A stretch of DNA of 64,000 nt from Paraspadella gotoi. Taxonomy: Eukaryota > Animalia > Chaetognatha. Positions 26,008-37,568 of the stretch are shown piece after piece. Within the stretch, counting starts at the first letter, position 1. Each line of letters starts with the position of its first letter. A program made the translations under genes and the position numbers. The notes below the pieces were generated by a model. That model saw only the letters and a program-made list of their open reading frames with translations. It made no database searches and had not been told where the DNA came from. Location of the stretch: contig CM119266.1 in the NCBI GenBank assembly GCA_051294375.1, forward strand, positions 26,292,851 through 26,356,850, read 5' to 3'.

Positions 26008-27984
26008 TTATTCTTCAGTCACTTTTAATGATGATTCCTCTCGTATTTGAGGGTCTAAATTGATGTTTTGGTGGCCACATAAGCGTTTGAGCGGCTCTTC
26101 GATCTCTCTCTCAAACCGTCGAATTTGTTCAGCATTTAAATAGTTGACCCAGTCCCCGATGGCGCCTTTGCGCATAAATTCCCCTCCCTTTTTGATTATG
26201 CCGAGATCCTGGAACCAGGAATAATTGCAAGTCTTTATATTCCGCAATACGGCGAAGCTGGTAAAATGCCTGAGAGGGAGACGCGTAAGCTTTACTTTTC
26301 GCCAAGATTTCGCAAGAAGAGACAAGAGCGTGCAGGAGAGTACAAACCTGATCCAATCCAGTTCCACGGGACTGTAGGGCCCTACGCGCAAAAACTTGGA
26401 GATACGATCCACTTCCCGTTTAAAATTGGTCTTTAACTCTTCAAAGTGGACGATCAGAATCCTTCGATTGATGCCTGGCAACTGACTCGCCGAAACGTAC
26501 GAAGCAACGTGTGGAACGTAGGGAGAGTAAGGAAGATCGCCGCTGAAGAAATCCTCGATGAAATCGGAAAAGTCGAAACCATCGGCCATCTGCACCTGAG
26601 TTTCGGAAGTTATTGATATCTGAGTGAAGGCAGAGCACAATAAAGTTCTTTTATCCAATTTAAACAGTTTTTTAAAAAATTATACCAAATCAAGATAGCT
26701 TATTAATTAAAAGAAGTGGTTATACCAATTTCATAGTGAAAGTTAAATACGGGAACTTAAAAATTTATTAGTTTAAGATCTAAATTTTCTTGCCTCGGTC
26801 AGGATGCCCATGAAATGAAAGAGACTGACTGCAACATCCCGAGGATTGCGAGTAACATAGATAATCTTCGTTGCGGGGCACTCTAGTACGGACGGGGGAA
26901 GAAGTGACAACGGCAAATGGGATTTGATGATGCGCGGCGAAGGCAGTTGATCGATGGCATCGCGGCCCGGGCATGGGAACTCGATGAAAGGAATTCGCTC
27001 GTCCAGATTGGTCTTTACGGCTTTCTCAATGGCTTGACTCATATGATAATCTTCGTGCCACTGTGGCAAAGCGAAGGGCGGACAGTTAAACCTCCCTGCT
27101 ACACCTTAATATACATTGTATACGTATGTATGTACGCACGTATACTTATGAACGTATATGTACGTATGTACATATGTATTGGTCGTACCAATTCCAAAAC
27201 GGTCAGCTGCTTATGTGTAGCTTATTTATCAAATGAATGGATAATATTTATATTGGTTGTACCAATTTCATTGTATTCCCGATCCCATACTTAAGGGAGT
27301 GTCCATTTTATACAATTAAAACATTCTTTGAAACATTATACCACTTCAATGATAAGGAAGCCCTGAACTCTGGGAGTAAACAAAATAGACTGTGTGAGAG
27401 TCTTGATTGAAAGCTTGCAGGGTCCTGCTATTTTATAAGCCAATAAGAGGTATGAAGGCCTTAACCAACCATAGCGTGTCCAAAGTCAGGGAATAGAAAG
27501 CTCATTATTAAATGAATGGATGATTTTTATATCGGTTGTACCAATTTTATGCCTAAAATCGGTACATATTTCTTTTTTTACCCTGTTAAGGAGCATGAAG
27601 ACGATCTCTTCGACCCATGTTGTGCCGCTCTTCGGATAGGAAACGATCCAAACGTCTGATCGTCGAGTTTCAAAATCCCGAATCTTATCGAGCTCCACGA
27701 AATCGGGAAGGTTGAAAGAAAGACACTGCAATTCAAGTGTGAGAAACATCCTTCTTTGTCAAACGATTAAACATGAAGCGAATGGAATCGAATACCTGTT
27801 TTACTTTAAAGTTGGGTCCATACTGCGGCAGACGCTTTTGTGTGATCGCAAGTGATTCTATCTCCGGAGTAGACAAGACCGCGCTACCTTTCGTTGTTTC
27901 GTAAGCATAAATCGCTAGACATCCGGTCCCAACGGCAGATGCCAGGAAGACGCATTTTCTCGTCCAAGAAAGTTTTGGTGACAT
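26008..27984 (-). CDS. Cytosolic-type (Sulfotransfer_1) sulfotransferase with hydrophobic N-terminus
   Basis: 5'-PSB loop DVWIVSYPKSGTTW, IIKSHLP, 3'-PB motif RNPRDVAVSLFHF and C-terminal FMRKGAIGDWVNY. Confidence 0.9.
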
Positions 27985-28167
27985 TAAAATGTCGTAAAAC
28001 TAAAGTGTTTTGTAAGCGGAAAAAGCACTTTCTATATATAAGTTTTTTTTTAAATAAGAAACAACCACATAATAATTAATCAACTACATTTTTTTTCAAT
28101 TTTCGTTAAGGGTAACAGTAAAAAAAATTATTTTAGAACTGTGACTATAATTAGACAATATTAAAAT

Positions 28168-31100
28168 TCACCACCCTTTTTTCTTCTTTTTTCCTTGTGG
28201 TTTCTTGCCCTTATTTCCACCGCTTCCGGATGCTTTTTGCTGAGACTGTTGCTGCTGTTGTGGTACCGATTTCCCGCCAGTGCTCTGTAGCGTCGGAGAG
28301 GCTGTTGGAGGTGAAGCAGCCTTCGGTACGGCTCCTTAAACAAGCGGATAAAAAGAAATTCATCTTCCCCTAAAAAAAACCTCAAATCTCTCCCAAATCC
28401 CAAAGATAAACCCTTACCTGGGGCAGGTTTAGACGCGTCCAAACCCTCCACGGTTCCAACGCCGCCCTGTGTTCCTTTGCCAATTCCGCCGTCTTTGCGC
28501 TTGTCGCGACGTCGGCCCTTGTAATTAGAGCGATCCTTGCGAGGCAGCCAGCGTTCGGGATCAGGATCGGATTTTGGATCAAAGTTCTTTGGGAGTTTTC
28601 CTCGTCGTTTGCGGCGTTTCTTTGATTTCGACAGTAGGAGTTCCGTAGCCCCGGCTTTAACTGAGAAAAAAGAAAGCGATTAATCGTGGTTTGTAGCGGT
28701 AGTATTTCATACCCGGCATCGTCTTCCACAGGTTGAACAATTAAGCGGGATGGGAGACTTACCCCCGGCGACAGAAGGCGATGTTTTCTTGTCGTCGTCC
28801 TTGGTCTGAGTCTTTCTAGAGTACTTGGGACCCGAAGCGAAACAGTGAGCCTCCAGCTCGTCAACGTTAACGCCGTGAGCCATTTCCTCGGGTGATGGCA
28901 AATCGCGAGAAACCTGGATCAGAAAAAAAAATTTGCTCGAGAACGACATTTTCGAATTTTCGAAAAAAATATTTTGACTAAAAGATGCGCTAACCTTCTG
29001 CGCCTTCACCGGATCAATTGTGGCGTAGGCGGTAATGAGCTGCGCCAACAATCTCAGATCTCTCGGAGCCTTGGTGCGCAATTCCTCTAACAACGTCACA
29101 GCACTGGAATTTTGCCCCAGAGAAAGCATAGTCGAAGCGCATTCTCGCATCAGCATTTCTAAAGACGAGTCACTCAACCGGTTCTGTTTTGAAACATAGT
29201 TATCCATATGAAAATTGTCCACTCGGGTTGAAAAAATCAGAGTCATACCTCTTTTTTGTTAAAAGCAATAGCGGAAGACAGGTAGTCGACGGCGGCGTCC
29301 TTGTCTTCCATATTTTTCAGTAGGGCCACGACAGTAGCGACAACGCCCAGGCGAAACCGGGTCCCCTCGCCTAAGTATTTAAGTCTTTCCACGGCGAGAC
29401 TGATGGAACCTATAAAAAATAACAGTTAAATTTATTAAACTTAGTTTTTTATTTTTAATACGTATATTGTGGCGAAACCTGAATTCGCCTCCCGTATAGC
29501 TTGGACGGTTAAGTACTCGTTCACCGTGAGTTCCCCGTGAGTTCCGGGTTCAATCCCCTCACAGTCACGATGGTGTCGGCATAAACACGCCAGTGACATG
29601 GGGTGGTCACTGCAGGTCCAAAGCCCTGAGCGCCAGCTTTCGGGAGATGCCTCACACTCTTGGTCTCCCCGTTGCCATAATATTATGAATTAGGATAAAA
29701 AATATCAGGGCACCTTGCTGAAGATGAAGTTGAACTAGGGCCAAGGCGGCGCGAAGGCATTCCGAGTTTCGGTTCTTTGCTTTCTTGGCGGCCACGAACT
29801 CCTCGAGGGTCGCAAACGCCTAAAACCATTTTTCTTTAATAATTACGAATCTTTAAGATAATCTCGATCTCACCAAACCTACGATCCTTACCTCGGAGTT
29901 TTTCTTCTCGCGCAAAAATGAGGCAGCGATAACGAGGGTCAACTCTTCCTGCATGTCTGTCTCCTTTTCCAACAAAGTCCCTATTAGTTTTCGAGAGGCG
30001 TCGCCCTGTCCTATTAAGAGATAAAAAAAAATATTTTCTTGAAAATTTAGGCGGAAGTTCAACACTACAAAAAAAGTAGCCACTTGTTTCGCACCGAGAA
30101 AAACTATATTGGATAACTGAATTTCATAAAGATATAAAACAAAGTTTATTAAAAGATGAGGCGATTGGTCCAAGACCTATAAAATCAAGCAAAGTGGTCG
30201 AAAATTATAGGATGTCTAAGTATTATAAATATTTAATAATAGAAGAAAGTCATAAACTCTTTGTCTAAAATATTTTAAAAGAAAAATAAAGCAAATTTAT
30301 TGCCAACCCTCTTATATATTAAATTCCGTTATGATTTTATTAATTCTATTTTGTAAACATCAGTCCAAAAAAGAAGTGTCATTAACTCTAACCTTTAAAA
30401 ATAACATTTTCCCTATTTCGTTTTGAGACTGACTAAGGTCTTGCGGTAGACCGCCTAAACCAATTAAAACTTTTTTTGCACCAATCGATAGCTCTTTACA
30501 AAATTTTAAAAATATAGTGATCTCGTCAGACGTTGCTATCAAAGAAAATTAATGAAAAAATCCGAAAAAAAAAAACGAATGATTCATGCGATAACAAATT
30601 ATTGATGTAATTTGACCGGAATAAAACTCACAAGAGCGATCAAATGATAGAGTACAATCCCCTTTTTTGCGGTGTTTAAACATAATAATTTAGAGTCACT
30701 TTAAAGATGAAATCAATTTTAATCATAAATTTTAAGATAAATTTTTGATTAATATCATAATTACTAATATTATTAATATTTAATTTTTATTAATATTTTT
30801 AATAATAATAATATTATTAATTGACTAAATTTAATTAAATTTGTTTATTAATTTTTTTAATTTGGCTTACCCTTTACCATATCTCATATTAAACATGGCC
30901 ATTCAACTTATTCTACTTAAATTTTAAGTTTTATTAAACAAACCTTTATAATACTTAGTAATAAAGGTTAATAAGTAATAAATATGAGATATAACAAGAT
31001 AAATTTTTAATTTTTGATAAAAATTATTTTTTAAATTAATTCTTAGAAATTAAAAAATTTAATTATAAATAATTAAATCTAAATTCAGGTAAAAAAACTC

Positions 31101-34100
31101 TATAATCTTGCATTATATCAGTATTTAAATTGATTTAATCTGAATTTGGTCTTTCACTGTTTTTGTCACCTTCTCTGCTTTTTTAAAAAATTTTTTGAGG
31201 AATTTTTTTTGTGCAAATCATTCAAATTAAATTCTTAACTGAAAGGTTAAACAGTAAGGCGGCCAAAATTGAACACTTTTTATAACTTTTAGTTCTCTCA
31301 AAAAAATTTTTCCCCTACTATTACTAAATCGATTTTCAATGCAACTTTTTGAATTTGTTCAATGGGTTGTTGCATGCATATTTATATAGTAATAAAATAA
31401 TCTTTAAATGCTTCCGTACGCTTATTAATAAGATAAATTTTTAAAATTATTTTATTTTCATATTCTTAACAGTCACTTAACCATTATTTATTTGAGATTA
31501 CGTCGTTCTTAGAGATTGGAAGACTTTTTCAATTGAGATTTTCGTTCAAAACTGACTACCAAACAATATAAACGCTCCTGGTAAAAATTCTGGTAAAATA
31601 TCGATGTAAAAACACTTGATTCCGATCCTGTTGCATCTGAAGGGCTCGCATTTTTTTTCTCCTGTCAAATCATCAACATCTTGATATCAAACAAGCCAGA
31701 ACTAGACTGCTTCTGGACGGAAAAATTTTCCATCTCTGAATTTATATGAAATGAAAGGGATTTTTTCCTTGAAAATGATATAAACGTGACTGAGGTATGT
31801 TCCTGTTCAACAAATGAGGTCCAATTTTGGAATCCTTTGGCAAAGTGTCTGAAGGGCTCTCAAAATTTTTCTTTACATTTGGTTATTTTGATATGATACG
31901 ATCATGGTAAAGTGAATTAGTCCATTTTGGTGAAATTTTTATTTAAAGTGGAGCTAACGATCGGAATTCTAAGAGTTTTCAACCCGGAGTCAGATTCGGG
32001 AAAAATCTTCTATGGCGAAATCTTCCAAAGAAGGGGTGGATTTTCCAAAGATTTTGGTTAATATTTTCTATATTTATGGTCGGATTTTTTTGAAACTTAA
32101 TATTAACAATATTGCCATCATTCTACCTTGGCCGGTATAAGAATATATTAAAAAAACCTCGGGCTTTGTTCGTCAGAGCTTAGTCCTACACTTAGTGTCT
32201 TATCCACAAATCTTTCTCTCACTAAATCTTTAAAAAATATTTTTATCATAATCTTATTTTTATCTACCTCCCAATAATATTCTACTTATATATTGCTGCT
32301 TTTAATATAAAGCAAAGATTTTAAAATGACGTAAATATTAAATAAGTATATCAAATTGTAAATAAATGTTTTTAACAAATAAATTATTGGTAAAATTAAA
32401 ATTATAAAAGAAGTTTTTAAAAAATATTATACTAAGATTCTGAAAAACCTTTTCTTAAGTGATAATTTAATTTGAATGATTTGTACAATAGAGATTCTCA
32501 CTAAAAAGCTGAAAAAGCAACAAGAACAGCTAAAGACCAGGTCAATTCAGATACTTATCTGATGCAAGATAATAAATAATAAATAAAAATGTCTTTATGT
32601 TTTATATTTATTAACCTTTATTACTAAGTATTATAAAAGTTTATTTAATAAAACTTTAAAGTTAAGAAAAGTTAACTTACTTGCCACATTTAATATGAGA
32701 TAGGGTTAAGGTTAAGCCAAATAATAAAAAAAATTACCAATAAAAAGGTTAATAAGCAAAACAGTATAATAATAATAATAAAATAAATATTAATAATAAT
32801 TGGAATTATGATACTATTTAAAAATTTGTTTTAAAATTATCAAAAATATTAATTAAAATCAATTTTATCTTAAAAGTTCCTATAAATTCTTAGGTTCAAA
32901 CACCGCCAAAAAAGCGACTGAACTATCATTTGATAGCTCTTGTGAGTTTTATTCCGGTAAATTTCTTTTGGTTTTTATGGTTCCAAAGTATAAAGCAGAC
33001 AAAGAAAAACCAAGAGCTGAACTCGTTTTTAAACAAATCAGAAGAAGCTGCGATGGAAAAAGAGAGATTGAGCAACATATAATTAAAAGAGAGAAAGAAA
33101 TAGAGAGCCGCAGGACAGCCGCTGGACAGCCGCTGCAGAGCTAAACTCGTCTATATACGTATATAAAAATTGTTTTGTAAATAAAACAAACAAATGAGTA
33201 GGAATATGAAACGTGTGAATCTAAAAGATTTTGCTGATTAGAAGCTATATCTAAATTTATAGCTTTTTATGGTTACACAGTTGAGCTATTTCCAATGGTA
33301 AAACAGCGTAACGACGACGACTACGGTCAAAGAAGCAGAACCAAATTAAAACCTCGCCCAAAACGGTCTTTCGACCGTCTGGCGAGTTAAAAAAAAGTGG
33401 TGTATTTAAAGCTAACTAGTGGCGATTTTTTTTTGCGCCACAGTGAAGTGTATAGCACATAGTACTAGCCTACCTTACTTATTCCCGAATCACATCAAAA
33501 CGTACCAGAGTACATGAGGATGAGGGCGTGGTTAATAGCAATGCAGGTTTGTTGGCGCGAAAGCAGTTTGTGAACGACCGACGAAGACGTTGCCGTTTTC
33601 ATTTTCCTTTTCGAGTCGAAGATATTTTGGTCGCGATTAAGAGTCACTGTAAAAGTATTTTTAACATTAATTCAGCCGGGAGGACGTCGTTGATCAATCG
33701 TCATAACAAAAACACCCACCGCTGTTGTTTGAGGCGACGGCGAGAACGGCAGGGTCGGACGTTTTTAGCTTGAGGACGGCGTTGTAAAGGTTGGTTGCTT
33801 CATTAATGCGACCCTGCATCTGCAGCACGTATGCCAACTGCACACGAATAACTACCATCTCTTCCTCGAGAGCCTCTGGGTCGTCTTCGAAAGATTGCCG
33901 ACAAACCGTTTCGGTGTGACGAAGCTTCGTCTCTGCCTCTGTCAAAATATAAACAAAATTGAGAAGGCTTTTAGAGATGGAAACGAAAATCATTTTCGGT
34001 TCCGTTTCGTTGCCCACAGAAACTAAATCTCACCTCTGTAATTTCCCCTGGAAATGTCGGCAAAGGCAAGGTTGAAGGAGCGCTCAAAGCCCTTCTCTCC

Positions 34101-34838
34101 TTCGTGGATGATAGCATCCACGGTCGAAGCGGCGGCCCTTTGCTCTTGCAGGTGCAGAGCCGCAGCCACCGCAGACACGTTCGTCATGCGCTCCTCTTCG
34201 TAGTCGTCCTCGCTTTCCTGGATACGAATGCGAAAAAAAATTATGAAAAAATTGATTTACAGTAGTAATAAGTGTCCAACCTTTATTAACTCTTTGTACA
34301 ACTTGAGGCAATCCTCGTATTTTTCCAGCCTGTAGAAAATCTGAGCCTTCAGCTCGTTTATTCGAAAAACATCGGCGTGAGATAGACCTTCGACAGAGCA
34401 TTTCGTCAAAGTCTCCAAGGACTCGTTCAACCGGTTCAGTCGGTACTCTGGTCAACCAAATGATTGTGTAAAATAATTTTTTTAGTAAAAACGTGCAATA
34501 AAGACTAACCCGCGTAAGCTTTTTCGAAACCAAGGCCATCGCTGAGCGAGGAATGCTTGTCGATGAGAACGAGTGCATCATTGAAGGCCCCCTGCTGAAT
34601 CATGGCCAATAGCTTGCAGCGAAAGGCATCGACATCTTGAGGACTGTCTTGTAGAATCCTGATAGAGTTAATAATAAAATTTAGAATATAAAGTAAAAAT
34701 CTCACGGGAAAAAAATTGGGGAAAAAAAATAACACACCGGTTGGCCACTTGTATAATTCGAGCATATTCTTGGTTTTGACAACAACGATGAAGCTCATTG
34801 AAAAGTTGAGGAAGGCCCGTGGGACCTGTACCAGACAT
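28168..34838 (-). CDS. SRP72: Signal recognition particle subunit SRP72 (multi-exon, about 3.5 kb repeat-filled intron)
   Basis: FEKAYAEYRLNRL, ELKAQIFYRLE, IRVQLAYVLQMQG, AVASNN, LLAQLITAYA, PDPERWLPRKDRSNYKGRRR and a lysine-rich end KKKKKGW*. Confidence 0.92.
29468..29679 (+). mobile_element. Solo LTR of a related tRNA/twister TRIM family (SRP72 intron)
   Basis: Ends TGTGGC...GCCATA, 4-bp TSD ATAT, A-box-like TAGCTTGGACGG, B box GGGTTCAATCCC and a partial twister core. Confidence 0.75.
29569..29628 (+). ncRNA. Degenerate twister ribozyme motif
   Basis: GA-TGG-TGTCGGCA-T^AA-ACAC-GC-CAGTGAC..GTCACTG-CAGG-T-CCA-AAGC-CCTG. T1 is TGG/CCA; the P2 and P5 partner strands are missing. Confidence 0.55.
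30616..32957. repeat. Large degenerate foldback (arms about 600 bp) in the SRP72 intron
   Basis: CCGGAATAAAACTCACAAGAGC at 30616 mirrors GCTCTTGTGAGTTTTATTCCGG ending 32957. Further mirrored blocks occur at 30950/32620 and 31210/32470. Confidence 0.65.
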
Positions 34839-35356
34839 GTTACTGCCCTAGTTTATTTTGAAATAAAAATTCGCAGAATGTAATTTTCTAAAAAGATGAA
34901 ACATTTTTACCGAAAAAGAATTTTTTTAGCGGTGATACAAAATAAAAAGATTCAAAGTGCAAATTAAAGAAAAAAATATTAAAAACCGAAACAACAATTA
35001 TAGAATAGAATAAGAAAACAATTTACAATTTATAATGTATACTGTATAGGGTAAGGCAGGACTAGAAATGTTCTTGATTACAAATACAAAACGTGCCACT
35101 ACTGTACGAAGAAAATGTGGCCTACCTCTTTGGTAGGTAACATGAAGTTTTAGTTCGTGATTTTGCAGTAAAAAGTTTTAGAATATAGAGTACCGTCCTA
35201 AGGATTTCACTGAAAATAATCCCGTTTTATGAAGATACACTTGGTCATTTGTAAGTTTGTCGGAATATTGTAAAAAAGTTTACCAAAATAAGAAAAAAAA
35301 AGAGTGACCAAACGGTCATTAGAAAGTATAGGAAAACGCCAAAATATTCAACTTTT

Positions 35357-36490
35357 TTAATGCCGGTCAGAGGCTTCGGGTGCCGTGCCGCTTTGAGCCG
35401 AGGGCGGCGGCATTTTCTTGTGAATGATGAGAAACACGATTCCGAGTAGGATGCACAACAAGGATACGACAAAATAAGCGATTGCAAGAAAGTTGTTCTT
35501 TCCTCCCATCCACGAGGTGTTCGAGATGATTAAAGTCTTGGTCCCGTCGAAAGAGACTACAGGGTAATTATAATCAATTTTCACCAAATAGTACCCTTCG
35601 GGAAGCGACTCAGTAAAATCGGACTTGGAGTGATCAACTCGTCGATAAAGCTTTCGGAAATTCGGGAGTGCGGCGGTTCGCATCCAGACGATGAGGTCCT
35701 CGTTCTGGAATCCGTTGTTCGTCTCTTTCTCGTTTTCCATGGTCGTAGTGTCGAGCTCCCAAACGTTCTTCTCCCAAAAAGGGGGTTTTACGGATCCCTC
35801 GAACGCTTCCTTCAGGGTCTTGCCGGGCGGATTTTGAAACTTGGTTGATTTGTCGGTGGGCCAAGCGATGCCTATTTTTAAGACTGGCACTTCCTCACTG
35901 TTGACACACCTCTCGTCGTCGCAGCGGTACAGCTTTAGGGAATCGTTGAAAAGACTATTGGCGACGGCCCCACATGGGGCAATGGGCGTCGAGTTAATCT
36001 TCTGAAACGGTTGGCACTCGTCCGAGGGCATGTCCTTGGGAGACAGCTTGCCTGCAAGCTGACTATCGTCACGAGACTTGACGTATCGCCGGTGATTTTG
36101 ATAAAAGTTGGTCAGCTTATAGTACAGGAAAACATTCTTGGAATAGTTTTCGGGGAGACGAAACTTTTTCACGCAGTTACACTTCAAGAAGATGTCCGTA
36201 ACGTTTCCCTCCTTTATTCGTTGCTTCTCGCTCTCCAGAAAGTCGGCGCACGTGGTCCCCTTGTCTGACGAATTGCAATGCGTGTAGTCGAGCTGGAATT
36301 CTTGCACCGACTGGGATGAGACGAATAGGCCGATGGCGATGGGCAGAAAGGCGACACCAACGACGAAAAAGGTGGGCAGAACCGTCGAGGCCGTCAGAAC
36401 TGGTTGCCACGCCGGCAGCTTTTGCTGTTTAAAATTAGAATCCTCCGGCCGCTTGTTCTTGGCGTTCGAGTTGTCGGGTGAATCCGGCAT
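35357..36490 (-). CDS. TMEM30A: CDC50/TMEM30 P4-ATPase (flippase) beta subunit, intronless CDS
   Basis: FKQQKLPAWQP, YYKLTNFYQNHRRYVKSRDDSQL, PCGAVANSLFND, FQNEDLIVWMRTAALPNFRKLYR, SWMGGKNNFL. First ATG at 36490. Confidence 0.95.
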   Translation of the reverse strand: MPDSPDNSNAKNKRPEDSNFKQQKLPAWQPVLTASTVLPTFFVVGVAFLPIAIGLFVSSQSVQEFQLDYTHCNSSDKGTTCADFLESEKQRIKEGNVTDIFLKCNCVKKFRLPENYSKNVFLYYKLTNFYQNHRRYVKSRDDSQLAGKLSPKDMPSDECQPFQKINSTPIAPCGAVANSLFNDSLKLYRCDDERCVNSEEVPVLKIGIAWPTDKSTKFQNPPGKTLKEAFEGSVKPPFWEKNVWELDTTTMENEKETNNGFQNEDLIVWMRTAALPNFRKLYRRVDHSKSDFTESLPEGYYLVKIDYNYPVVSFDGTKTLIISNTSWMGGKNNFLAIAYFVVSLLCILLGIVFLIIHKKMPPPSAQSGTAPEASDRH

Positions 36491-37568
36491 GATCTTTGTT
36501 AACTGTTTCCAAACGCCGAAGTTCTCACTTTTTAAAAAAGCTTTCACTGGCGATTTGAAGAGTTATTTTCGCCAACAATGGAAGCAAAGGCTAGGTTTTT
36601 CGACCAATACGTAGGCTAACTAAATTTTTAAGATTGACGCGACTGAAACTCATCTGGTCTGTCGTTTCTACGTTAATTACTTAAGTCCCAATCTGTGAAA
36701 AACAATGCACATTTTCAGGACACCTATATTCCAGACACAGTTAGAAGCGGAATAATAAAAAGTAGTTACGTTCATTCTATTATGAAATATGTACACAATA
36801 TAAACATTACCAGTAAAAGCAAAAACTTTCAAAGATTTTTCTCAAATTCTGATTTTTATATATAAATCGACATTAAAATCCTGGTAAAGATTTTTTTAAT
36901 GTTTTAAAAAACTGGAAGGTGACGGGTTCTTTTTCATAAAAGAACTTTTCCTAAACATCCATTAGTATCTGGTGAAAACGTAAGACTAGATTAACATTTT
37001 AAATATCCACAGAACCAAAGCGCTTGCTACGTATGCAAGGAGATCCACCCAACGTGAGAAAACGGGATAATTAAGACCACCAAACCGAATGTTTTCCTCG
37101 CACGAGGATTTGGTGAGAGAAGTCACTGCTCACAATCAACGCGAAATACCGAATGAGCTGACGGTAGAAACCATAAAAGGGATACAAAAGAAATACGTAG
37201 TGTTCTTAAATTGGCCAAAAGGATATAATTGCTACTTGATGCAACTAGTTTTAAATAAATTTAGAAATAAAATAGAATTAAAAAAGTATGTATTTTATTT
37301 GTTATTTACTTTCAAAATTAAAATGCTTTATTTCTTAAAAATATTTTAATCGTCAATTTAACTAACGTTAAACAAAAAATATTTTTAGAACCAAGACATA
37401 ACCGTTTTTGCGGCCTTTTCCCAAAATTTGAAAAACTGTCAAGAGTTTTTAATTATATTAAAATGTGAACAAAATACTAATTAACATTTTAAAGTCTGTA
37501 CTTCATCGCCTAAGTATAAAACTTTATATGGGTGGTGGGGTATTTCCTTGAGGTCGGCAATCCTTTAT

